A DNA stretch of 11,432 bases, from positions 1-11,432 of the forward strand of contig JAUQYZ020000064.1 of NCBI GenBank assembly GCA_030587475.2, in the 5' to 3' direction. Each line of letters begins with the position of its first letter. The first letter of the stretch is position 1. Below are positions 1 through 7,637 of the stretch, in pieces. The DNA is from Candidatus Sigynarchaeum calidifontis. GTDB lineage: Archaea > Asgardarchaeota > Lokiarchaeia > Sigyniarchaeales > Sigyniarchaeaceae. Made by a program: the position numbers and the translations under genes. The notes beneath the pieces were generated by a model. It was given only the letters and a program-made list of their open reading frames with translations, had not been told where the DNA came from and ran no database searches.

Positions 1-105
1 TCAGGTGTACCGCTGCCACGAGGCATTATTACTTGGGCGGGGTGAACGAACACGAGCGAGAAAAAAAATGGCGAAAAGCGGCAATGCCGCGAATGTGGCA
101 TCGCG

Positions 106-1881
106 TTGCAGCCGGACCAAGTAACGTGCCATTTCTGCGGGGAAACGAACCCTTTACCGGCCATGACGATGAAAAAGGACGCGGGAATGCCAGGTGATCA
201 GAACCGTGCCATGTCTAGCATAGTCCCGGAAAAGCCGCTTCAGGAGACTCCCGCAATCACGAGCACGGTCACGTCTGGCCAGGAACGCGACCCGATATGC
301 CCCCGGTGCGGCAAGGATAATTCGAATATAAAGAATGCCCGTTTTTGTTTTGGCTGTGGAACTACCCTCCTCACCCGGCAAGGTCTCATGGGAATCACTT
401 CCGCAGTCGCGCGCGCAGTGGATGCCATTCAATTGCGCGATCCGATTTGTCCACGATGCGGCAAGGATAACTCCAAAATAAAAAATGCTCGTTTTTGTTT
501 TGGTTGCGGGACAATACTCTCCACGAAGCAAACTGCTACTGATGTTGTCCCGAGGCCGAGACCGGTACCGCGGCCATGCCCGCACTGCGGGAGAGATCTG
601 GCGATGCAGCCAATTGGCAAGTTCTGTATCTATTGTGGAAAGCCCGTGTCCTCGGAACCGCCGATGGGCGCACCCGTGCCGGGAGCAAGTAGGAACGGGA
701 AAACAGCAGCAGCACAGCCGCAACAAGTACCATTGCACGCGGAGCTATCGCCAAGCACGGTGCCAGATACACGAACCGTACCACCACATGCCCAAGAAAA
801 TTCCACCATTGCGACACTAGCAGCGATCACGCAGGCAAAACCCTTGAGCACGACATTAGCCAAGACTGAACAGCTAGAGTCGAAGATCATGGGACCGGCC
901 AAGCCCGCGACGCCAGAACCGGTGGTTTCGAAACCCGTCTCTCCAGGTAAACCAGCCGTGGAGCCGGTCGATATGCTGAACATCACGTGCCGGTACGAGG
1001 CGCCCGTGCTATCTGCGATGTTCTCGAAGGACGGGAAGGAATTCTTCGTCGGCACCGCGAGGAACCAGATCATCGCCCGCGAGACGACCAATGCCAGGGC
1101 AAAAAGGACCATCCCCGGCGAGGGGACAGGCAAGGCGGTCACGGTACTCTCGGAGCGCGATGGCAAGGGCTTCGCAACGTGCATGAGCGGCCCGGTCATG
1201 CGCTTCACGCGGGTCGCCCTCCTGGATCCCAAGGGGAGCATCACGAGCCAGGTCAAGACATCCCAGGCGGCGATCTTGTCCGTGGCGGTGAATCCGGCGG
1301 GCTCGCAGCTGGTACTCGGGGGATATGACAAGAAGGCCGAGATCTACGACGTGAAGTCGGGTAAGCTAGCCTTCACGCTGGCGGGCCACGATGGTGCCAT
1401 CGACGCGGTCGCGTTCGATCCCACGGGCAAGCTCGCCGCGACCGGCGGCCGCGATGGTGCCGTGAAGGTGTGGAAGGCCGAGACCGGGGAATTGCTCCGG
1501 AGCTTTGCCGGCCACGAGAAGCCGGTACTTTCCCTGGCCTTTTCGCAAGACTGCACGCGACTTGCTAGTGGGTCGGGTGACGGCAGCATCAAGATCTGGG
1601 ATCCCGAGAAAGATTCAGCCCTGAGCACGTTGATCGGGCACCGGGGCGGCGTGCTGAGCATCGCCTTTGATAACGATGGCAAGCGTCTCGTGAGCGGGGG
1701 GGATGACACGGTCGCCCGCGTCTGGGACGTCGAATCGGCCAAGGTGCTCCGGGCGGTCGACGTGCACGCGGGGGCGATCACCGCCATTGCGATCTCCCCG
1801 GACGGCAAGCGGGTCATCACGGGCGGCGCGGACAAGCGTAGTTACCATTGGCTTCTTGATGCATGGAAAACAATGGAATAA
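106..1881 (+). CDS. Zinc-ribbon repeat + low-complexity linker + WD40 beta-propeller protein (true start probably upstream of 85; see findings)
   Basis: N-terminus has CxxC-x(n)-CxxC ribbons: CPRC..CFGC twice, CPHC..CIYC, and CHFC whose partner CREC lies in frame at 85-96. A Pro/Ala/Thr/Gln-rich linker follows. Then about 7 WD40 repeats of roughly 42 aa, e.g. GHDGAIDAVAFDPTGKLAATGGRDGAVKVWK, GHEKPVLSLAFSQDCTRLASGSGDGSIKIWD, GHRGGVLSIAFDNDGKRLVSGGDDTVARVWD; the first two are degenerate. Stop TAA 1879-1881. Confidence 0.9.
   Translation: MQPDQVTCHFCGETNPLPAMTMKKDAGMPGDQNRAMSSIVPEKPLQETPAITSTVTSGQERDPICPRCGKDNSNIKNARFCFGCGTTLLTRQGLMGITSAVARAVDAIQLRDPICPRCGKDNSKIKNARFCFGCGTILSTKQTATDVVPRPRPVPRPCPHCGRDLAMQPIGKFCIYCGKPVSSEPPMGAPVPGASRNGKTAAAQPQQVPLHAELSPSTVPDTRTVPPHAQENSTIATLAAITQAKPLSTTLAKTEQLESKIMGPAKPATPEPVVSKPVSPGKPAVEPVDMLNITCRYEAPVLSAMFSKDGKEFFVGTARNQIIARETTNARAKRTIPGEGTGKAVTVLSERDGKGFATCMSGPVMRFTRVALLDPKGSITSQVKTSQAAILSVAVNPAGSQLVLGGYDKKAEIYDVKSGKLAFTLAGHDGAIDAVAFDPTGKLAATGGRDGAVKVWKAETGELLRSFAGHEKPVLSLAFSQDCTRLASGSGDGSIKIWDPEKDSALSTLIGHRGGVLSIAFDNDGKRLVSGGDDTVARVWDVESAKVLRAVDVHAGAITAIAISPDGKRVITGGADKRSYHWLLDAWKTME
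286..513 (+). repeat. Intragenic duplication of a 78-nt zinc-ribbon module (286-363 and 436-513; period 150 nt)
   Basis: RDPICPRCGKDNSNIKNARFCFGCGT vs RDPICPRCGKDNSKIKNARFCFGCGT: 25/26 aa identical, 14 nucleotide differences, all at third codon positions. Confidence 0.95.
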
Positions 1882-1894
1882 AAGAGAAATGCAC

Positions 1895-3646
1895 CTATTT
1901 TTTCACCAACTTCGCGGGCCGCTTGTTAAATGCCGCAAAGATCGCGTCGACGAACTCGCCGCGCGGTGCTTTTGTCCGCAAGCTCACGAGGACGAAGACG
2001 ATGATGGCGACGGCTTGCGACACGAGAAACTCGTGAATGCCAGCCTTGGACATGGCGGACGTGTTATCCCCGGCGATCTTGTAAAAGTCCCCGAGCGTGA
2101 TCTTGAACGGGCTGGTGAGCAGGGTCACGGCGCGCAGGTCATGGAACACTAATTCCACGGCAGGATTGCTGAACCGGAAGATAAACCACCAGATGATCGC
2201 GGTAGCAAGACTGACGATGCCAGAAATCCATGCTGCCTTGGCAGTCCCGCGTTTCCAAAAGAGACCAAAAACATACGGCACGAGCACGGCGGAGGCAATG
2301 GCTGACCACGCGAACATGCACAAGGTGAGCACGAAATCGATTTTACCGATGGCGAAAAGCAAAGCAGCGATGATGACGATGATCGTCGCGTATTTCGTAA
2401 CCTTGAGCATCTTCTCATCCGAAATCTTGGGCCGCGAACCACGCTCGAGCAAGTTTTGGTACACGTCTTGCGAAAAACCAGAGGCGGAAATCAACACGAC
2501 CTTCTCCTCCGTAGTCATGGATGCCGAAGTCACCGCCGCGATAAAGATTGCAACGATGGGCGCAGGCATAACACTCCGGAGGAATAGCGGGATGTTCATG
2601 TCCATGTCCTTGATGATCCGGAGTATGTTATCGTTGATTCCTGGTTGTCCAAGATGTAAAAACCAGTACGAGTTGGCGACTGCCCCGTTGAAATACGAGA
2701 AGAAAGCTACGATAGCAGCCCAGCTGCACGCGACAATGAGACCATACTTGATCGCATTTTTCGACTTGGCCGTGAAGAACCGGCTCAAAGCTTGTGGCAT
2801 TCCCCATTGTCCGAAAGAAGTGACGAGGATGAACCCGATCAAGCCCATGCCCCCGAATCCGACGAATTCCGTGAGGGAGTTCGGGGTGAACGGCGCGTTG
2901 CGATCGGGCAAAATCCCAGAACCATCGATGAAGGGTCCCGTTTCGGCGATGCGCAACCCGGCGATGAGTCCATCGATACCACCAACGCTCACGATACCAA
3001 TGATCGTGACCAGCAAGATCCCGGCGAGCATGATGATGCTCTCGAACGCGTCCGAGATTATCGCGCCGATCGATCCACCAAAGACGAGATAAAAGATCGT
3101 GATGCCGCCGCAGAGGGCGATGCCTATCAAGTATGCAATGTCTGCTTCCGCTTGGGTCCCGTGGGGGGTGAGAAGGGTAAGGAGCTTCGCAAGCCCCGTG
3201 TAAACGCTCACGAGATAGATCATCTCGAAGAACATGATGACGAGGCCGAGAAAGACTTGATAATTCTTGTCCTGGTATCGGAAAGCAAGCAATTGAGGAA
3301 TCGTGACCGCTTTGCACTGGTCAGACATTATCTTCGTGCGCCGCCCAAAAAGCATGAAAACAAGAAAGATACCGACCAGGACATTAATCGATGCGACCCA
3401 GATTGCCCCCAGGCCCCACATGAATGCCTGGCCACCACCACCAATGACGAGGACGCTACTGAAGTATGTCACCCCGAACGACATGCCGAGAAGTACAGGG
3501 CCAATTGATTTACCCGCGATAAGATAATCTTCCACGGATTTCGTGCGTTTCTTGCTGTAAATACCAAACGCCACAAGAACACCCAGATATGCCACGAGAA
3601 CGATCCAAAAAATGGGGATCTCCACGTCCGTAACCTGGCTCATCAT
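1895..3646 (-). CDS. Sodium:solute symporter (SSS/SLC5 family, PutP/PanF-like), substrate unknown
   Basis: About 13-14 hydrophobic segments; family motifs EDYLIAGKSIGP, TIPQLLAFRY, YLVFGG..GAIISDAFE, GMPQALSRFF, SASMTT, GLFWKRGTAKAA. Start moved from 3766 to ATG-ATG at 3646/3643 (MMSQVTD) because the 40-aa extension is hydrophilic, overlaps a better small ORF in another frame, and GGAGGA lies about 10 nt upstream of 3646. Confidence 0.92.
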   Translation of the reverse strand: MMSQVTDVEIPIFWIVLVAYLGVLVAFGIYSKKRTKSVEDYLIAGKSIGPVLLGMSFGVTYFSSVLVIGGGGQAFMWGLGAIWVASINVLVGIFLVFMLFGRRTKIMSDQCKAVTIPQLLAFRYQDKNYQVFLGLVIMFFEMIYLVSVYTGLAKLLTLLTPHGTQAEADIAYLIGIALCGGITIFYLVFGGSIGAIISDAFESIIMLAGILLVTIIGIVSVGGIDGLIAGLRIAETGPFIDGSGILPDRNAPFTPNSLTEFVGFGGMGLIGFILVTSFGQWGMPQALSRFFTAKSKNAIKYGLIVACSWAAIVAFFSYFNGAVANSYWFLHLGQPGINDNILRIIKDMDMNIPLFLRSVMPAPIVAIFIAAVTSASMTTEEKVVLISASGFSQDVYQNLLERGSRPKISDEKMLKVTKYATIIVIIAALLFAIGKIDFVLTLCMFAWSAIASAVLVPYVFGLFWKRGTAKAAWISGIVSLATAIIWWFIFRFSNPAVELVFHDLRAVTLLTSPFKITLGDFYKIAGDNTSAMSKAGIHEFLVSQAVAIIVFVLVSLRTKAPRGEFVDAIFAAFNKRPAKLVKK

Positions 3647-3753
3647 TTTAACCCGTCCTCCGTTTCTTTGATGCTCATCAAGTTGTATATTATCGCTGCG
3701 ACGACCGATCCGATGAGGATCGCGATTCCAAACCAGATGGTCCAATGAAACAT
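3643..3753 (-). CDS. Small single-pass membrane protein, probable symporter accessory subunit (36 aa; not in ORF track)
   Basis: Hand translation: MFHWTIWFGIAILIGSVVAAIIYNLMSIKETEDGLK*. One hydrophobic helix plus a charged tail; its TGA overlaps the symporter start (AAA-TGA-TG, i.e. ATGATG). Small membrane genes just upstream of SSS genes are an established arrangement (e.g. yjcH-actP, yhdT-panF). Confidence 0.8.
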   Translation of the reverse strand: MFHWTIWFGIAILIGSVVAAIIYNLMSIKETEDGLK

Positions 3754-3966
3754 GGTTTTCACGCACTTGTTAGCCGTTTTTTAGCTCGATATGACCGGTT
3801 TCCGACCCATTCTTTGCCCATTTTTCGCGGTTTTATATCGCACGTGTCGGAATCCGATGTAACGATGTCATTTTTTCGTCGCCGGAACTTCTTAAGCATT
3901 TATACTCGGTGTTGCGAATATACATGTTACCATTCAAGGACTCGCTCGACGTGGTTGAATCGGCCC
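3754..3966. promoter_or_regulatory. Divergent promoter region between the symporter operon and the GTPase-like/GH4 operon
   Basis: AT-richer stretch between head-to-head genes, with TATA-like elements TTTTATAT (3831-3838; ATATAAAA on minus) and TTTATA (3899-3904). Exact promoters cannot be determined. Confidence 0.5.
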
Positions 3967-4515
3967 ATGGCGGCAGGCAAGGACAAGATCAAGATTATCG
4001 TTTTCGGGGCTCGGCATACGGGACAAGGGCCATTAGGGAGGGCATGGGGAAAGACAGATGCCGACTTGCCCGATTTGCAGCCAGTCGTCATATACGAGCG
4101 CGAGATCGATCACGAGAGGGGGAAAAAGACCGTTGCGGCATGGATTCTCTCCGTGGATCCACAATTCGACTACATGAGAAGGTCAATGTATGAGAAGGCT
4201 GACGGGTTCATTTACACCTTCGACGTGACGGACATCACGGGGAAATCGCTCCATTACCTCGACCCGTTCGTCGATGAGGTCCGAGCCATGTATCATCCCG
4301 CCCCGCCCGAGGTTCTCGTGGGATCGCATCCCGATCCGACCATCACGACCAAGCCAGAGAAGACACGGGCGTTCGTGAACTCGTGGCTCGCTGCCCATGG
4401 CAACATTCCTTTTCTCGAGCTCGACCTCACCGATAAAAAGAAGTTTTTCGATGGAGCGGAGGCCGTTTTCAGCACCTTGCTCGGTATCATCCTGGGCAAG
4501 CACGGCGAGGCTTGA
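3967..4515 (+). CDS. Rab/Ras-like small GTPase-fold protein with degenerate G1-G5 motifs (putative pseudo-GTPase), 182 aa
   Basis: Colinear with the Rab consensus over its whole length: KIIVFGARHTGQG (KxvvxGxxxxGKS/T), AAWILSVDPQFDYMRRSMYEKADGFIYTFDVT (iWDTAGQERFrslrssYYrgAdGailvYDvT), VLVGSHPD (LVGNKxD), IPFLELDL (lpffETSAK), GAEAVFSTL (nVeeaFxxl). Start set at ATG 3967; the ORF track's extension from 3745 crosses the intergenic region. Confidence 0.8.
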   Translation: MAAGKDKIKIIVFGARHTGQGPLGRAWGKTDADLPDLQPVVIYEREIDHERGKKTVAAWILSVDPQFDYMRRSMYEKADGFIYTFDVTDITGKSLHYLDPFVDEVRAMYHPAPPEVLVGSHPDPTITTKPEKTRAFVNSWLAAHGNIPFLELDLTDKKKFFDGAEAVFSTLLGIILGKHGEA

Positions 4516-4518
4516 TAA

Positions 4519-5901
4519 ATGAAAGTTGCTTTCATCGGCGCGGGCAGCAGGATCTTTTGCAAGAATCTACTCACGGACATCCTTGCTTTTCCTAAACTAC
4601 GCGAAAACATAACCATTGCCTTGCATGATATCAACAAGCCGCGCCTCGAGAAAATGGCCGAGGAGATGGAGCGCTACAAGGCGGATCATGCTGACAAGCT
4701 GTCGAGCGTGCGGTTCGATGCCACGACCGACTTGCGCGCTGCAATCACGGGCGCGAAATACGTGATCGACGCGGTGATGGTCGGTGGTCCGGATGCGTTG
4801 AAACTCGACATCGACATCCCGATGAAGTACGGCGTCGATCAATGCATCGGCGACACGACCAGCGCGGGAGCCGTGTTCCGTGCCTTGCGTACATTCCCTG
4901 TACTCAAGGACATCATCACGTGCATGAAGGAAGTCGGTTACAACGCGGGAAACAAGAACTGTGCGAGGCCGATCTTGCTCAACTATGCAAATCCCATGGC
5001 CATGAACACGTGGTGGTGCAACGTGCTCTGGCCGGGGAGTACCGTTGGCTTGTGCCACGGCGTGCAAGGCACGTTCAAGCAGCTGCACGCGACTTACATC
5101 GGCGCGAGCTCGGACGAGTGTTCGTTCCTCTGCGCCGGAATCAACCACATGGCATGGTTTACAGAGCTCTGGTTTAAGGACCGAACACTGCCGGATGCCA
5201 AGTGGCGGGACGCGTACCCTATCATATGGGAGCATTACCAGGACGAGCCCGCGATCGTCAACGAAGAGAAGGTGCGATGGGACATGATGAAAGCCACGGG
5301 TTATTACATGACCGAGTCGAGCGGCCACCTGTCCGAGTACGTTCCATACTACCGGAAGCGAAAGGACCTCATCGAGAAATACAAGGGAAACACGAATGGC
5401 TTCAACAACCTCGCGCACGGCTGGGACCTGCAGTTCTTCGGAGCCAACACGGATTCGGTCGAGAAAACGCTCAAGCTCAAGCCGAGGTCAATGCCGTTCA
5501 AGCACACGCCATCCGAGGAATACGCGGGCCACATCATCAACGCCATGGAGACCAACGCACCGTTCCGCTTCAACGGGAACGTCATGAATGAGAAGGGCGC
5601 GTTGATCACGAACCTGCCCGCGGGATGCTGCGTGGAGGTGCCCATCTTTGCTGATTACCACGGGTTACACCCGCAAGGGGCCATCGAGCTGCCGACGGCG
5701 TGCGCCGCACTCTGTACATCGAACATCATGGTGCACAAGGCAACGATCGAAGGCGCGCTTGCCAAAGACAAGGAAAAAATCTACCAGGCCGTGCTGCTCG
5801 ACCCGCTCACGGCTGCAGCGTGCTCGCCCGAGGAGATACGCCAGCTCGTTGATGAAATGTTCCGGGTGGAAAAACAATGGTTGGGATGGATGGATTCATA
5901 G
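4519..5901 (+). CDS. melA: Glycoside hydrolase family 4, alpha-galactosidase (MelA-like), NAD+/Mn2+-dependent
   Basis: Rossmann start KVAFIGAGS; GDT..GAVFRALRT; LLNYANPM; metal ligands in GLCHG and GINHMAW; MelA-type TESSGHLSEYVPYYRK; C-terminal CVEVP and LLDPLTAA. Family is secure; exact substrate is not. Confidence 0.88.
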   Translation: MKVAFIGAGSRIFCKNLLTDILAFPKLRENITIALHDINKPRLEKMAEEMERYKADHADKLSSVRFDATTDLRAAITGAKYVIDAVMVGGPDALKLDIDIPMKYGVDQCIGDTTSAGAVFRALRTFPVLKDIITCMKEVGYNAGNKNCARPILLNYANPMAMNTWWCNVLWPGSTVGLCHGVQGTFKQLHATYIGASSDECSFLCAGINHMAWFTELWFKDRTLPDAKWRDAYPIIWEHYQDEPAIVNEEKVRWDMMKATGYYMTESSGHLSEYVPYYRKRKDLIEKYKGNTNGFNNLAHGWDLQFFGANTDSVEKTLKLKPRSMPFKHTPSEEYAGHIINAMETNAPFRFNGNVMNEKGALITNLPAGCCVEVPIFADYHGLHPQGAIELPTACAALCTSNIMVHKATIEGALAKDKEKIYQAVLLDPLTAAACSPEEIRQLVDEMFRVEKQWLGWMDS

Positions 5902-5916
5902 GACGATCGGGGGCGC

Positions 5917-7545
5917 CTATTCCAGCGTCTCGACGTATTTTTTGAGGAACCCGGTCAATTTTCGTGCCGGTAGCTTGAAAGCTTTCACGCGCCTCTCTAT
6001 CTCGTTTTGGGTCAATCGCACGTTGATCGTCCTGGCGGGAATATCGATGTCGATGATGTCGCCATCGTTCACCGCGAGAATCGGCCCGCGATCCCATCCT
6101 TCCGGCGCGACGTGGCCGAAGCAACCACCGCGCGTGCCGCCGGAAAAGCGCCCGTCAGTGATGAGGGCAACTGAATCGGCAAGGCCCATGCCGGCGATGG
6201 CACTCGTCGGGGATAGCATCTCCGGCATGCCCGGCGCGCCCTTTGGCCCCATCAAGCGAATCACCACGCAATCGCCGGCCTTCACTTTGCCATCGAGGAT
6301 CGCTTGCATCGATTCGTCCTCGGAATTGAACACCTTCGCCGTGCCCGAAAATTTCATCATGTTCTCGGAAACCCCCGCGCTCTTGATGACCGCTCCGCCG
6401 GGGCAGATGTTGCCCCGCATGATGGCGATGCCTCCTTCCCTCGAATATGGGTTATCCATGGATCTGATGATGGTGTCATCCTTGACTTTCCCGGCCGCGG
6501 CGATCTCATTAATGGTCTTGCCATTAACGGTTTGTTGATCGCCGTGAAGGAATTTTTTGATGCGGTTCAAGACCGCAGGGATACCGCCCGCCGCGTCCAG
6601 GTCTTCGAGCATGTGCGGCCCGGAAGGGCGTATTCTCGCGAGATTCGGGGTCGTTCGGCTGATCTTGTCGAAGAGGTCGAGGTCGAGATCGATGCCAAAT
6701 TCCATGGCGATGGCAGGAAGATGGAGCACCGTGTTCGTCGAGCCGCCGATGCACATGTCGACGGCGATCGCGTTCTCGAACGATTTCAAGGTCACGATGT
6801 CCTTTGGTTTAATCCCTTTCCGTGCAAGCTCGACGACTCGCTTGCCACTCCGGAAAGCGAGATCGAGTTTTTTCGGGTCGCTGGCCAGCATGGTCGCGCA
6901 ACCCGTCATCGACAAGCCGAGAACCTCCGTCATGCACGCCATGGTGTTGGCCGTGAACAGGCCGGCGCAAGATCCTTCGCCGGGGCAAGCGCACTGCTCC
7001 ATTCGCACGAGATCTGCTTCCGACAGCTTTCCCGCCTTGTAGGCACCGACAGCCTCGAAGCAGCTGATGAGGTCTATCTTCTTGCCATCGAGCACGCCTG
7101 CCTTCATCGGACCACCCGTCACGATGACGCACGGAAGGTTCAGCCTACCCGCCGCCATGAGCATGCCCGGCGTGATCTTATCGCAGTTCGTGATGCCCAC
7201 CCACGCATCGATGCTATGGGCGCCGACCATGAGCTCGACGTTGTCGGCAACGTGCTCGCGGGACGGCAACGAGTAGAACATCCCTCGCCCCTTGCCCATC
7301 GCGATGCCATCGCAGATACCCGGGACTCCCCACTCGAACGGCACGCCGCCTGCATCTTTAATTCCCTGGATCACTTTTTCGGCAATTTTTTTAAGATGCA
7401 CGTGGCCGGGGATGATGTTATTGTACGAATTCGCAACGCCCACCCATGGCTTTTCACCGAAATCATCATCCTTCAATCCGGTTGCACGGAGCAGCGATCG
7501 ATGCGGAACGGTTTCCAAGCCTTGCTTGATCCTATCCGAGTTCAA
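5917..7545 (-). CDS. ilvD: Dihydroxy-acid dehydratase
   Basis: Motifs [66 protein letters not shown]. Start is probably TTG at 7545 (MNSDRIKQG, matching the usual MRSD.. N-terminus); alternative GTG at 7581. Confidence 0.96.
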   Translation of the reverse strand: MNSDRIKQGLETVPHRSLLRATGLKDDDFGEKPWVGVANSYNNIIPGHVHLKKIAEKVIQGIKDAGGVPFEWGVPGICDGIAMGKGRGMFYSLPSREHVADNVELMVGAHSIDAWVGITNCDKITPGMLMAAGRLNLPCVIVTGGPMKAGVLDGKKIDLISCFEAVGAYKAGKLSEADLVRMEQCACPGEGSCAGLFTANTMACMTEVLGLSMTGCATMLASDPKKLDLAFRSGKRVVELARKGIKPKDIVTLKSFENAIAVDMCIGGSTNTVLHLPAIAMEFGIDLDLDLFDKISRTTPNLARIRPSGPHMLEDLDAAGGIPAVLNRIKKFLHGDQQTVNGKTINEIAAAGKVKDDTIIRSMDNPYSREGGIAIMRGNICPGGAVIKSAGVSENMMKFSGTAKVFNSEDESMQAILDGKVKAGDCVVIRLMGPKGAPGMPEMLSPTSAIAGMGLADSVALITDGRFSGGTRGGCFGHVAPEGWDRGPILAVNDGDIIDIDIPARTINVRLTQNEIERRVKAFKLPARKLTGFLKKYVETLE

Positions 7546-7637
7546 AGTTAATCGACCTTGTTTCGACAATGAGGGTAGCACGTTTCAAGGGCTTCGCTGT
7601 GTAAAAAAGGTAGAGCACACCTTATGAACAAGTCCCC

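Noticed and set aside
286-513. Repeat pair as a diversity-generating retroelement template/variable region
   Set aside because: Differences are not adenine-specific, are almost all synonymous, both copies are in one ORF, and no reverse transcriptase is in the window.
1300-1850. Nucleotide periodicity of about 126 nt as a CRISPR array or DNA repeat
   Set aside because: Explained by protein-level WD40 repeats; no identical repeats with unique spacers.
3647-3766. 40-aa N-terminal extension of the symporter
   Set aside because: Hydrophilic and unlike SSS N-termini; better explained by the overlapping 36-aa membrane ORF.
3745-3966. 74-aa N-terminal extension of the GTPase-like ORF in the ORF track
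   Set aside because: It spans the divergent promoter region and overlaps the start of the opposite-strand small gene; Rab-fold similarity begins only after ATG 3967.
4513-4518. Selenocysteine or readthrough fusion at the TGA between the GTPase-like gene and GH4
   Set aside because: TGA is immediately followed by in-frame TAA, and GH4 has a normal ATG-KVAFIGAGS start.
5917-7545. IlvD/Edd-family gene as a sugar-acid dehydratase serving the adjacent GH4
   Set aside because: The N-terminus and motifs look like canonical IlvD, it is convergent with GH4, and it is co-oriented with nearby ilvC.
2097-7551. Long antisense or alternate-frame ORFs (e.g. 2097-3092, 2792-3508, 4597-5418, 5648-6538, 6304-7551)
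   Set aside because: Shadows of well-supported GC-rich genes, with no recognisable motifs.
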